Shown: positions 22,336-32,116 of the stretch, piece after piece | Position numbering within the stretch: position 1 is the first letter of the stretch | Layout: each line of letters opens with the position of its first letter | Assembly: GCA_038143065.1 (NCBI GenBank) | Contig: JAYQLI010000035.1 | Coordinates: 672,001 to 736,000, forward strand | Reading direction: 5' to 3' | From: Rhodospirillales bacterium | GTDB taxonomy: Bacteria; Pseudomonadota; Alphaproteobacteria; Bin95 | Length of the DNA: 64,000 bases | The notes under the pieces: model-generated | What the model was told of the DNA's origin: nothing | Databases searched by the model: none | The model's input: only the letters and a program-made list of their open reading frames with translations | Made by a program: the position numbers and the translations under genes

Positions 22336-23402
22336 GTTACGGCCTCCTTCAATCTAGGATAGGTCTTGAGTGGATTATCATAGCACATTTTATTCATTAG
22401 CGCCTCTGAAATGCCATTTGGGATGGCATTTGTACCTTCATAGTGCCAATGAGGGTAATCACTTGAAAAACGCAGCATCTCATCGCTATCAAGGTGATTA
22501 ATCAATTTTTCTAAATCTTCGGGTCTAGGTGGAGCATCTGATGGCTGAATAGTCAGTCGAAGATGGTCTTTAGCAATTTCTAGTGGGTGTCGGTCGACCC
22601 AAGGGGTCTCCATGCGCAAGCCACGCCAGAACTTGCCAAGCCTCCAAAGGTGTGAGGGCAGCCAAGCAAATCCAGATTCTAAAAACACCACCTTCAAATC
22701 AGGAAATTCAGCAAATACACCCTCGGTTATCAAGCTGGTAAGCGTAGTTTGAAATGCTTGAGACTGGGCAGCAGAATCTTCTGCATAGTATGTTGGCCAA
22801 CCTACCGATGTAACCGGATGTCGGTATGCACTTCCGGCATGAATCCCTATTGGCAGGCCACATCTTTCTGCAGCGCGGTAAATTGGCCAATAGCGCCGGC
22901 GCCCGAGAGGCATCTCATCCATAACCAGCATCAGGACCTGAACGAAACGGCTATCATTAGACATCCGCTCTATCTCAGCTGCAGCATAATCAGGGTTTTG
23001 CGGAGGAACAACTATCGAGGCCCGGAGGCGTTCATCCTTGTCTAACCATTCAGATACTATCCAATCATTTACGGCACGAGCAAACGCGTAAGCCATATCT
23101 TCAGTGTATAAAAGTTGCACTCCATAGAGGCAGTTACAAATAGCAAATTTTACTTGGAAGCCGTCCAATGCCTCTTTTTGCAATCGTCCCAAATCCTGGC
23201 CGGCTTTACCTGATTCCGGTTTCCAATCTGGTCGTGCTGTAACGGGTGCATTTTTAGGATAGCTGATAGAGTCCAGTTCATGAACACCTTGTTGCACAAC
23301 CATGTCACGCCAATGATCATCTAAATAAGGCAACAATGCCTTAAGGTTTGGCACAGCTGGATGAATATCACAGTCGATAGCACCGATAGGAGGATGAGGC
23401 AT
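22332..23402 (-). CDS. Amidohydrolase_2-fold protein, probable partner subunit
   Basis: IDCDIHP, IHAG, LESGFAW and SSDYPHWHYE. Its stop overlaps the next start by 4 nt. Confidence 0.88.
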   Translation of the reverse strand: MPHPPIGAIDCDIHPAVPNLKALLPYLDDHWRDMVVQQGVHELDSISYPKNAPVTARPDWKPESGKAGQDLGRLQKEALDGFQVKFAICNCLYGVQLLYTEDMAYAFARAVNDWIVSEWLDKDERLRASIVVPPQNPDYAAAEIERMSNDSRFVQVLMLVMDEMPLGRRRYWPIYRAAERCGLPIGIHAGSAYRHPVTSVGWPTYYAEDSAAQSQAFQTTLTSLITEGVFAEFPDLKVVFLESGFAWLPSHLWRLGKFWRGLRMETPWVDRHPLEIAKDHLRLTIQPSDAPPRPEDLEKLINHLDSDEMLRFSSDYPHWHYEGTNAIPNGISEALMNKMCYDNPLKTYPRLKEAVT

Positions 23403-23406
23403 TTTT

Positions 23407-24243
23407 TTAGTCCTCTTCTGGGCGAGAGCGCCATTCCTCGGCATCAAACGCAACATGTTCCCCAAAATGATGAATAGTGGTCTCATCAGGAAGTGTTAAT
23501 TTTGAGAACTGTGCATCGGCCGATGAAAGATGAACAACGCGAGACTTTGTCTGAAGCCATTTTGTTGCAGGTAGAAGTGTTGACTGCCGCTGAGTTACGT
23601 CCATCACATAATAATGATGCGGGATGACTACTTTAGGCTTCAAGTGCTCAATTATGCTGTCAATCATTTCAAATCCCATCACATGCTGGCTATCGTCAAC
23701 CGGCAGCAGAACGATGTCTATATCCCCAATCATTTCCCAAATATAATCAGGGGGGTTGTGTCGATTATCACCCCAATGAAGAAAGCGAAGACCACCCGTC
23801 TCAATAACGACTAACACATTATCCCAAGATCTAGGATTATCAGGCGGCTCAATGTTAACTCCATTGAAACGTTTATGAATTAACTTGAAATCGTATAAAG
23901 CTGCACTTGCGTCCGTAGCATGTTTATCGGCAATACCTTCAATTGAAAGGTCAAGAAAACTGTATCTGCCAATTGGCCTATCTAAAAGTACGTTTGCATC
24001 TAATCTATCAAGAGCGTCATGATCAAAATGCGCATGGGTTGAAACCCCTATATCAACACTTGTGAGTGGAATATCTTTAAAATACCAATCCCAGGTTCTA
24101 CTCGGATGATTACGCCAAGGGTCAATCATTACTGTCAGACCTTGCGGTGTTGTCAGTCTGAATGCACTCGATCCAAAATAAGACACTGTTACAGTACCAA
24201 AGTCTTCTGGTCGCCCAATCCCAGCCTGCTGTTTGAGCATCAT
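23407..24243 (-). CDS. Metallo-beta-lactamase-fold hydrolase
   Basis: MIDPW, STHAHFDH, LHWGD and VIPHHY. Confidence 0.85.
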   Translation of the reverse strand: MMLKQQAGIGRPEDFGTVTVSYFGSSAFRLTTPQGLTVMIDPWRNHPSRTWDWYFKDIPLTSVDIGVSTHAHFDHDALDRLDANVLLDRPIGRYSFLDLSIEGIADKHATDASAALYDFKLIHKRFNGVNIEPPDNPRSWDNVLVVIETGGLRFLHWGDNRHNPPDYIWEMIGDIDIVLLPVDDSQHVMGFEMIDSIIEHLKPKVVIPHHYYVMDVTQRQSTLLPATKWLQTKSRVVHLSSADAQFSKLTLPDETTIHHFGEHVAFDAEEWRSRPEED

Positions 24244-24304
24244 TGAATTATGATTGCTTGTTCGAAGCCAAGATGTGAGACCTGGAATAGAGCTTACGCA
24301 TGAA

Positions 24305-24995
24305 TTAGTCCTCAAAAATAGCAACTGCTCGGATAGGACTTGCAGTACCCCCGGATCTTCAATGGAAAACCCACAAATCGAAACCGCCCTTCACCGACTA
24401 ACCTTTCTAAATTCCAAAGACACTCAATATGCGTTATTCCTCGCTCTCCGCACGCAAGATGCGCTTTATAATTCGCAGCACCCTCAGGAGCTGGGCTGAT
24501 TGCTTCCACCCCAAATTGACGGATATTTTTGTCTGCAAGCCAATGGACTGAGTTGACATGAAGCCCTGGAAAATCATGCTGATATCCGGGAGTTCCCCAA
24601 AGTCGGGCATTTACTCCCATATGCAGGAGCACGGTATCACCCTCTAGGATTGGCGCTCCAGCAGCTTCCAATGCGGCCTCCATCTCTTCCACTGTTATCT
24701 CATGCCGGAGTTCAACATGAGATAAATCCAGACAAATACCGCCTGTATAAAAATTTTCTAAGGGCATTTCGTCTATAGAGGCCGCTCCAGGCCTAGGGTC
24801 AAAGTGGACGGGTGCATCAATGTGGGTTCCGGCATGATCAGACATAGAAATCGACATCGCCTTCGAAGAAAATTTAACACCACCCGCTTCCTTAACCTCT
24901 TCATGATCATTCCATGTTGTCATTACCACTGGAGGATGCGCAGGATGGGCGGGAGTTCGATGGTATATTTCTCGTGAAAGATCGATAAAACGCAT
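24305..24995 (-). CDS. Cyclase / kynurenine formamidase (KynB-like) family metallohydrolase (frameshift near 24350)
   Basis: FIDLS, HAGTHIDAPVH and HIECLWNL. The corrected end is FPLKIRGGTASPIRAVAIFED*. Confidence 0.88.
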
Positions 24996-25092
24996 ACAGT
25001 ACTCCATTAAATTCAGAATAAGATTATTGTCATAAAGCTTACACAAATAAGATCTAAGCAAGGATCTTCATAATAGTGAAGAGTGAACGAAA

Positions 25093-25674
25093 ATGTCTGG
25101 CCTAGCGCCATTAGTTTTAATTGTGGGGCCAAGTGGGGCCGGAAAAGACACCCTTTTAGAAGGAGCTAGTCAGGTCCTAGCACCGACCGGACAATTTTAC
25201 TTTTCGGGACGGAAAATAACGCGCCCCGTTTCCGCGGAAGGCGAACAACACACTGAAATAAGTCGAACAGAATTCAATCAAAAGGAAGCTGAGGGAAAAT
25301 TTCTTCTGTCCTGGCGAGCCCATGGTAATTGCTACGGCGTACCGAACACACCATCAGAGGAAATGAGACAAATTGGCAAAACGGTGGTGGCAAGCGTTTC
25401 CCGCTCCGTAATAGATGATGCTAGCGCAAGGCATCAGCCTGTCCATGTAATTTACGTTACAGCACCAAAATCACAGCTTGCTAAACGATTAGCTCTCAGA
25501 GGGCGGGAAACGGAGGCAGAAATATTGGAAAGGCTTAACCGCGCAGGTGAGCTTGAGGTAAGCGGTAAGAACGTAACAATAATCACAAATGACCAAGATA
25601 TAGAAACAGGTATCTCCAAGATGATAACTGCTCTACAAATTGCCTCAATTTTGGAATGGGAACCGGCGGAGTAA
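25093..25674 (+). CDS. phnN: Ribose 1,5-bisphosphate phosphokinase PhnN
   Basis: VGPSGAGKDTL, RKITRP, WRAHGNCYG, SVSR and LALRGRE, next to the phn operon. Confidence 0.9.
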   Translation: MSGLAPLVLIVGPSGAGKDTLLEGASQVLAPTGQFYFSGRKITRPVSAEGEQHTEISRTEFNQKEAEGKFLLSWRAHGNCYGVPNTPSEEMRQIGKTVVASVSRSVIDDASARHQPVHVIYVTAPKSQLAKRLALRGRETEAEILERLNRAGELEVSGKNVTIITNDQDIETGISKMITALQIASILEWEPAE

Positions 25675-26340
25675 TTTAAATGGCGTACCAAGGCCTGGTT
25701 GCTCATATAAGGCCAATCCGGATATTTCTGTTGGTCCAATTACCCCAGCTGTTTGTGCAGCGTCCGATAAAGCTTCCTTTAGCCTGGATCTAAGAGCAAC
25801 TGTTTTCACAGCGTTTGTTAATGTCATATGAAAACGAAAATCCTCTTTAACGTATGGGTAACCCCAGTTTTGAAGATTTTCTTCCTGTCTGGAAGTTAGG
25901 CTGACCGACCGTCGCTTCCTTAGCTCCTCGTCTGTTAGAGGCGAACGATATAGGTCAAAAAACTCTACCGCCTCAGATGCAAGGCTATCCATTTCTGCTG
26001 AGGCATGGCCAAGCGCAAACGCGATAAAGTTTCCAATTTCTGATGGACTAGCCAAGGAACACACAAACGATTTTCTAGCTGATACAAACTCGTCCAAAGA
26101 CTTTATCAAATCCCCCAAATCAAAAGGATTGGATAATCGAAATGGCGGTTTAATTGTTGCATGGAAACCATAAAGACTTGGAGAGCTTGTAAGCTCGTCA
26201 ATATCGACATCTTCGAGGCCAATTATCGATGGTCGCCTTAGTTCTTCACCTGTTTCAACATCCCGCCCCAACCAAGAATTACCAAAGCTCCACAGAGCGG
26301 ATCCACGCGGTGGCGCGAAATAGATTGCATACCGCTTCAT
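25645..26340 (-). CDS. DUF1045 2H-phosphoesterase of phosphonate operons
   Basis: RYAIYFAP, YGFHATIKPPF, WGYPYV and FRFHMTLT. ATGA overlap with phnM. Confidence 0.9.
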   Translation of the reverse strand: MKRYAIYFAPPRGSALWSFGNSWLGRDVETGEELRRPSIIGLEDVDIDELTSSPSLYGFHATIKPPFRLSNPFDLGDLIKSLDEFVSARKSFVCSLASPSEIGNFIAFALGHASAEMDSLASEAVEFFDLYRSPLTDEELRKRRSVSLTSRQEENLQNWGYPYVKEDFRFHMTLTNAVKTVALRSRLKEALSDAAQTAGVIGPTEISGLALYEQPGLGTPFKLLRRFPFQN

Positions 26341-27470
26341 GCGGCTTGCACTCCAGACACCCATGTTCCTCTTACGATTGCAGATCTATCTATTTTGCGC
26401 ACACGCACAAGATCCGCACGTTTTCCAACTACAATCTCTCCACGATCAAAGTGACCAAGCATTTCTGCGGGATTTTTAGAAACAGTAGCCACAGCCTGTG
26501 GTAATTTCATTACGTTCAGATCATCCAGCTTAAATGCAGCCTGAATGAGACTAATTGGTGCATAATCTGATGAGAGAGCATCCAGCAATCCAGCCGATGC
26601 CAAATCTATTGCTGAAACATTACCGGAGTGAGAGCCACCACGAGCCACATTCGGCCCTCCCATAACAGTCCTCATACCAGCTTTTTTAGCAGCCTCTGCG
26701 GCTTCCATTGTAGTTGGAAATTCAGAAATCAGAATATTATCGCTAATTGCTTCAAGAACATGATCAGGAGTGGTGTCATCATGGCTAGCAACTGGGCCCC
26801 GACCTTGCCATAGATCTAGAATCTTTCTCCGGTTTGCATTTACATTTTTGCTCGCAGACGCAATACGCGAGGAAACATATTCTTCAAATTCCTTGTCCGG
26901 CATATTTTCATTTTTATAAACCTTAAACGATTTCAAATCGCGCCATTGCCGCTGCCCTGGCGTATGATCCATGAGAGAAATTAATCTCACTACGGGGTCA
27001 TTTGCATAGGGTTTAAATAGCTCTGGAGCGATGTCATCAGCAATTTCACACCTCAAGTGCACATAATGATCGGCGCGAAACAATCCTTCTTGCTTGGCTT
27101 GCGCCACAGCATCCATGACTGTCTTTAGAAGGGCTCGGCGGTAATTCCTATCCAAATACTCTCCAACCGCGATAGCATCATAAACAGTTGTTACCCCGGC
27201 GGCCGTCATTTGCGCATCATGAGCAAGGATAGCTGCCAAGGGTGATGGCCAGAGGATACCAGGTCTAGGTACCATATGCTTTTCGACATTGTCCGTATGA
27301 ATTTCTATGCATCCGGGAAGTAAAAAATCTTTACCAAGATCTTGGGAACCAGCGGGGATTTTATCACCCTCCCAAATTTCTTGAATTTTGCCACCTACTA
27401 CTGAAATTCCACCATGAAACACAGCATCTGCTGTCACAACATGTGCATTTGCCAATACGATATCAGACAT
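26337..27470 (-). CDS. phnM: Alpha-D-ribose 1-methylphosphonate 5-triphosphate diphosphatase
   Basis: EIHTDNVE, HLRCE, MDHTPGQRQ, ASHDD, EFPTT, RGGSHSGN and LSSDY. Confidence 0.96.
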   Translation of the reverse strand: MSDIVLANAHVVTADAVFHGGISVVGGKIQEIWEGDKIPAGSQDLGKDFLLPGCIEIHTDNVEKHMVPRPGILWPSPLAAILAHDAQMTAAGVTTVYDAIAVGEYLDRNYRRALLKTVMDAVAQAKQEGLFRADHYVHLRCEIADDIAPELFKPYANDPVVRLISLMDHTPGQRQWRDLKSFKVYKNENMPDKEFEEYVSSRIASASKNVNANRRKILDLWQGRGPVASHDDTTPDHVLEAISDNILISEFPTTMEAAEAAKKAGMRTVMGGPNVARGGSHSGNVSAIDLASAGLLDALSSDYAPISLIQAAFKLDDLNVMKLPQAVATVSKNPAEMLGHFDRGEIVVGKRADLVRVRKIDRSAIVRGTWVSGVQAA

Positions 27471-28177
27471 CAGGCTGCAGCCTTAAATTGAGAAACATCA
27501 AATAATCGGTCAGCAAAACGGTCACGCGCTATCTCATCATGGCAAATGGCCACTACAGCTGCCCCTCGTTTTTTTGCTTCCAAGATGAGCTCGATAGCTG
27601 CTTCCCTATTTGCAGCATCAAGCGAGGCTGTAGGCTCATCCAACAGTAAAATCGAATAAGGCCGCACAAGCCCCATTGCGATATTAACCCGCTGTTGCTC
27701 ACCTCCGGAAAAGGTTGCGGGCGGAACATTCCAAAGATGTTCTGGAAGATTGAGCCGTCTTAAAAGTCCTGCTGCAGCTTCAATAGCTTCCTCAGAAGAA
27801 CTACCAGCAGCAATTGCCACTTCGGCGACTAGATCAATCGATGAAATTCTTGGGATAACCCGCAGGAACTGACTGACATAACCGATAGTTTCCCGACGAA
27901 TTTCAAGCTTTGTCCTTGCCTCGACAGAAGCAATATCTACCCAATTTTCATGATGATTGATTAGGATTTTCCCTGAAGATGGAAGATAGTTTGCATAAAG
28001 ACTTCTAAGAAGCGTTGATTTACCAGATCCTGAACTGCCAACTAACGCAACACATTCACCTGATGCCACATCGAAAGAGACGTCTTGAAAGACGGGCAGT
28101 TCAATCCCCCCTCGTCCATGCAAAGTAAAAGTCTTATGCAGATTTTGAACCCGAAGCTTTGAAAGGTTTTGAGTCAT
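27470..28177 (-). CDS. phnL: C-P lyase system ABC-type protein PhnL
   Basis: KTFTLH, GSSGSGKST, GYVSQFLRVIPR and PATFSGGEQQRVNIA. Confidence 0.95.
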   Translation of the reverse strand: MTQNLSKLRVQNLHKTFTLHGRGGIELPVFQDVSFDVASGECVALVGSSGSGKSTLLRSLYANYLPSSGKILINHHENWVDIASVEARTKLEIRRETIGYVSQFLRVIPRISSIDLVAEVAIAAGSSSEEAIEAAAGLLRRLNLPEHLWNVPPATFSGGEQQRVNIAMGLVRPYSILLLDEPTASLDAANREAAIELILEAKKRGAAVVAICHDEIARDRFADRLFDVSQFKAAA

Positions 28178-28946
28178 GCTTGTAAAACCGATGAGACAAG
28201 AAGTTGACTGTAGGGATGCTGAGGGTCATCAAGAACTTGATCAGTTAGACCTGATTCTACGACACGCCCCTGACGCATAACCATCAAACGATCTGATAAT
28301 AGACGCACAACCGCCAGGTCGTGAGTTACAACCACCGCCGCAACGCCTAAATCACGGACCAAACCCCGCAAGAGGTCCAGCAGCCTTGCCTGAACTGTGA
28401 CATCCAAGCCCCCAGTGGGCTCATCCATAAATACCAGTCTTGGCTTAGATACGAGGATACGAGCAATTTGCACCCTCTGCTGCATACCTCCTGAAAAGGT
28501 ACGCGGTAAATCGTCAATACGGCCTGACGGTATTTCAACTCGAGTTAGCCAATCTAGGGATTCCCCACGTATTTCGGAGTAGTTCCGAGCGCCAACTGCC
28601 ATTAGGCGCTCTCCAACATTTCCACCAGCTGACACGTTCATCCGAAGTCCATCGCGGGGGTTTTGCCTAACTATGCCCCAATCTGTCCGCATAAGAAGTC
28701 TTCGTTCAGGCTCTGATAGGCTAAAAACATCGCGAAGCCCCTGTCCACCCGCATCAAAGCGAACAGAGCCTTGTGAAGGTTCAATCATTCCAGAAAGGCA
28801 ACCTAGCAACGTTGATTTTCCCGATCCAGATTCACCAACAACTCCTAAAACCCTCCTGGGTAGAGACGAAAGGAAACGTCTTCACACCCTAGCTGGCCTC
28901 CTGCATACGAATGACCGACGGACTCAGCTTCAAGTAATGCGTTCAT
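28174..28946 (-). CDS. phnK: C-P lyase system ABC-type protein PhnK (frameshift near 28850)
   Basis: QNPRDGLRM, FSGGMQQR, DEPTGGLDVTVQARLLD and LDDPQHPYSQLLVSS. The N-terminus is in ORF 28845..29078. Confidence 0.94.
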
Positions 28947-28950
28947 TAAT

Positions 28951-29858
28951 TTAGCCCTCCGTCGGAACAAAACCCATATCGGCTGCATCAGAAGCTCGCG
29001 ACCCTGTATGCCCAGCAGCACGACGTTCTCGGCAATGATCACTGTCAGAACACACGAACATATGATCACCTTTGTCATCTAAAATTACCTCATCAAGAAA
29101 TACCTCCTCAGCTCCACAAAGAGCACAAGGTTTATCAAAACGCTGAGGCTTAAAGGGATGATCATCGAAGTCGAGACTACGAACACGTGTGTAAGGAGGG
29201 ATTGCGTAAATTCGCTTCTCTCTTCCCGCTCCAAAAAGCTGTAATGCAGGCATCATCGCCATTTTTGGGTTATCGAATTTGGGAATGGGAGATGGCGACA
29301 TTATGTGTCGAGCATTGACCTCAACCGGGTAGTCATAGGTCGTAATAATCTCGCCATGCCGTGAGATATCTTCGTAAAGCTTTACGTGCATCAGGCCATA
29401 TTCTGAATAAGCATGTAACTTTCTAGTTTCAACTTCTCGAGGCTCAAGTTTCCATAGAGGCTCAGGTTGAGGAACTTGATAAACAAGGATTTTGTTTTTC
29501 CGTTAACTGCTTTTCAGGTATGCGATGTTGAGTTTGTATAAGAGTTGCTTTGTTTGTTTCTTCAGTAGTTTGAACGCCCGCAACACGTCGAAAGAAGCGC
29601 CTAATTGAAACAGCATTAGTTGTATCATCGGCCCCTTGGTCGATAACTTTCAACGTATCGTCACTACCAATTATTGAGGCTGTAATCTGAATGCCGCCCG
29701 TTCCCCAGCCATACGCCATTGGCATCTCACGGCCTCCAAAGGAACCTTGATAACCAGGAACGGCGATCGCCTTTAAAAGCGTCCGCCTTATCATTCGCTT
29801 AGTCTGCTCATCCAGATAGGCGAAATTGTAGGTACCATCTACAGAGTGGAATGCTCAT
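28951..29858 (-). CDS. phnJ: C-P lyase radical SAM subunit PhnJ (frameshifts)
   Basis: YNFAYLDEQTKRMIRR, GWGTGG, KVIDQGADDTTNAV, SPIPKFDNPK, and the cysteine motif CALCG...FVCSDSDHC. Confidence 0.95.
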
Positions 29859-29862
29859 GAAT

Positions 29863-30957
29863 TCATTCAGCTACCTCCTTATCGTGAGTGGTCAACACAT
29901 CCTCACGGAGACCACGGAGTAGAGAAAGCTCAGATTGGAAATCTACATAGTGTGGAAGCTTCAAATGACTTACGAAGCCTGCAGCCTCGACATTGTCGCT
30001 ATGAGCAAGGACAAATTCCTCATCTTGAGGAGGATGAACTCGGTCCTCACCCAGCTCGCTAGCTTTGAGCGCACGGTCAACAAGAGCCATGGCCATCGTT
30101 TTTCGCTCCGATTGACCAAAAGCAAGGCCATACCCTCGAGTAAACATGGGTTGAATATCTTTTGTCCCAGTAAACTGGTTGATCATCTGACATTCAGTTA
30201 CTTCGATTTCACCAATTGAAATTGTAAAGCCGAGCTCTGGTGGCGTGAATTGAACCTCAACAAAACCCATCCTTATCTCGCCAACAAAAGGATGGTTCCT
30301 GCCATATCCTCTCTGCGTGGCGTATCCCAAAGCTAATACAAACCCCTCGTCACCGCGGAATAAGTTTTGTAGTCTCTGATCACGGTTAGCGGGAAATGAC
30401 ATTGGTTGCCGGCCAAGATCAAAAGGCTCAGCCTCAATCTCTTCTCTATTTTCAGCCTGCATGAGGCCCTCTGCGCCTAATATGTCAGTCACGCGAGGCA
30501 TGGTTTGCTCAGTAGCAGTTGCCTCTGGCGCTGATGTAGCATCAGCACTCTTTTTAACGAGATCAAAATCAAGCAGTCGATGAGTATAATCGTAAGTTGG
30601 ACCTAAAATCTGACCACCTGGTATATCCTTAAATGCCGCTGAAATACGCCGACGGATAATCATTTTAGATGTATCTAGTGGCTCAGCAGCACCGAAACGC
30701 GGCAGCGTTGTACGAAATGCTCGGAGAAGGAAAATAGCTTCTACCATGTCCCCTTGAGCTTGCTTGATCGCCAAGGACGCAAGGTCTGGATCATATAAAG
30801 ATCCCTCAGTCATAACCCTATCGACAGCACGTCCAAGTTGGTTTCGCACTTGATCAGTGCCGAGCTCAGGAACAGCAGTATCACCCCTTCTTTCCTCAGC
30901 TATTAGCTCGTGAGTAGCCTCTATGGCTGACTCACCACCTTTGGTCGCAACATACAT
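29863..30957 (-). CDS. phnI: C-P lyase subunit PhnI
   Basis: MYVATKGGE, EAIFLLRAFRTTL, PGGQILGPTYDYTHRLL and GFVSHLKLPHYVDFQSEL. Confidence 0.96.
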   Translation of the reverse strand: MYVATKGGESAIEATHELIAEERRGDTAVPELGTDQVRNQLGRAVDRVMTEGSLYDPDLASLAIKQAQGDMVEAIFLLRAFRTTLPRFGAAEPLDTSKMIIRRRISAAFKDIPGGQILGPTYDYTHRLLDFDLVKKSADATSAPEATATEQTMPRVTDILGAEGLMQAENREEIEAEPFDLGRQPMSFPANRDQRLQNLFRGDEGFVLALGYATQRGYGRNHPFVGEIRMGFVEVQFTPPELGFTISIGEIEVTECQMINQFTGTKDIQPMFTRGYGLAFGQSERKTMAMALVDRALKASELGEDRVHPPQDEEFVLAHSDNVEAAGFVSHLKLPHYVDFQSELSLLRGLREDVLTTHDKEVAE

Positions 30958-30961
30958 CGTC

Positions 30962-31550
30962 TCAGACCTCCAGAGGTTGCGCAGAAACCCCGCGCGGTAG
31001 CGCTAGCACTGCATTGTCTGCAAAAAAGAAAACATCAAAGCCCAGTGGGTAGAGAGAATTATTGTCCGCCCAAATCCCCCAAAACTTATTGTTCCCAATG
31101 TCTGGGGCGATTCTGTTGCTCAACTTTATTCCTGGACCAGAAGCATCTATCGGCGCACCATCTGTAAGGCTTTCACACGCAATTAAAAGTGTCGCTGACC
31201 TATCCGGATACTGGTCAGTGCCAATTTTGAATTGCTGGAATGGCGCTGAAGCAACATCAAAAATAATCGCGAAGTCAGCGTCTTCCGGCCTAGGCGATAT
31301 CCGACAGCCCGTAAGGAAATTTCAGGTAATGGAGGGCGTCAGGATCTTCACGGTCAAGCCAGACTGCAACATCACTGTCCAAAAGAGTGAGGCACCCAGC
31401 CGCAAGAGATGATGACCATCCTTTTGGATGCCCCTGCGGCCTTACAACTTCCAGTACCCTCCCGGGAAAAGAGATCGCCTCCATTATAGAGCGAAAAGCT
31501 AACTGCGTTCCAAAAACTGGTTCGTCAAATCCAGCAGCTAAAGATACCAT
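30962..31550 (-). CDS. phnH: C-P lyase subunit PhnH (frameshift near 31315)
   Basis: FRSIMEAISFPG and LTLLD. The second frame gives GTDQYPDRSATL, GPGI, YPLGFD and LALPR. Confidence 0.9.
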
Positions 31551-31552
31551 CG

Positions 31553-32027
31553 CTAACTCTCCGCCCTAACCATGGTGAAAAAGTCAACTTTGGTAGCGCC
31601 AGCCTTCCGACGAGCCTTTAAATGACGTGCACTTTCTTCATCTTTGAGCGGATTAATAATGGATCTTAAGATCTCTTCCCTCCTGTGCGTTTGTAATAAA
31701 GCATCACAAATAGCGGCGGATTTAGCTTTTTCGATATCCCGACCCTGGACATATGCATGTCCAACAATATTAGGCGATGAGTTAAGAGTTACTGCGCAGC
31801 GAGTAACGCTCATTTCGCCAACGGAGAAATACTTGGCCGGTACCACCTGCACGCCCACGCGTCATCACCGCTCCAACCTCTGGTTGCCTCAACCAATTAA
31901 ACTCAGGCAATTCGCCCAAGCTTTTGATTAATTTGGCCAACGATGAAGCAGATGCTCTTGTGAGCACACCCATCCATTCCGCTCTTGAGGCGTTTGCGGA
32001 TTGATCTGGATCAAACTGTTCGTCCAT
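31553..32027 (-). CDS. phnG: C-P lyase subunit PhnG (frameshift near 31830)
   Basis: RAEWMGVL, PEVGAVMTRGRAGGTG, GEMSVTRC, GHAYVQGRD and ATKVDFFTMVR. Confidence 0.93.
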
Positions 32028-32042
32028 GGAACACCTTCAAAT

Positions 32043-32062
32043 TTGTCTAGACATCTAGATAA
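32043..32062. promoter_or_regulatory. Putative PhnF (GntR/HutC-type) operator
   Basis: Perfect palindrome TGTCTAGACA (32044-32053) overlapping ATCTAGAT (32053-32060) in the divergent phnG/phnF gap. It fits the HutC-subfamily GTnTAnAC pattern. Confidence 0.65.
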
Positions 32063-32116
32063 CTTGAAGTTAACTACATCTACGTAGTCTGTAAACCGGA
32101 AAAAGAAGACAGTTTT

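Noticed and set aside
23407-24243. MBL-fold gene as the missing phnP
   Set aside because: It is embedded in the oxygenase operon, lacks recognisable PhnP features such as the N-terminal Cys zinc site, and DUF1045 already occupies that role.
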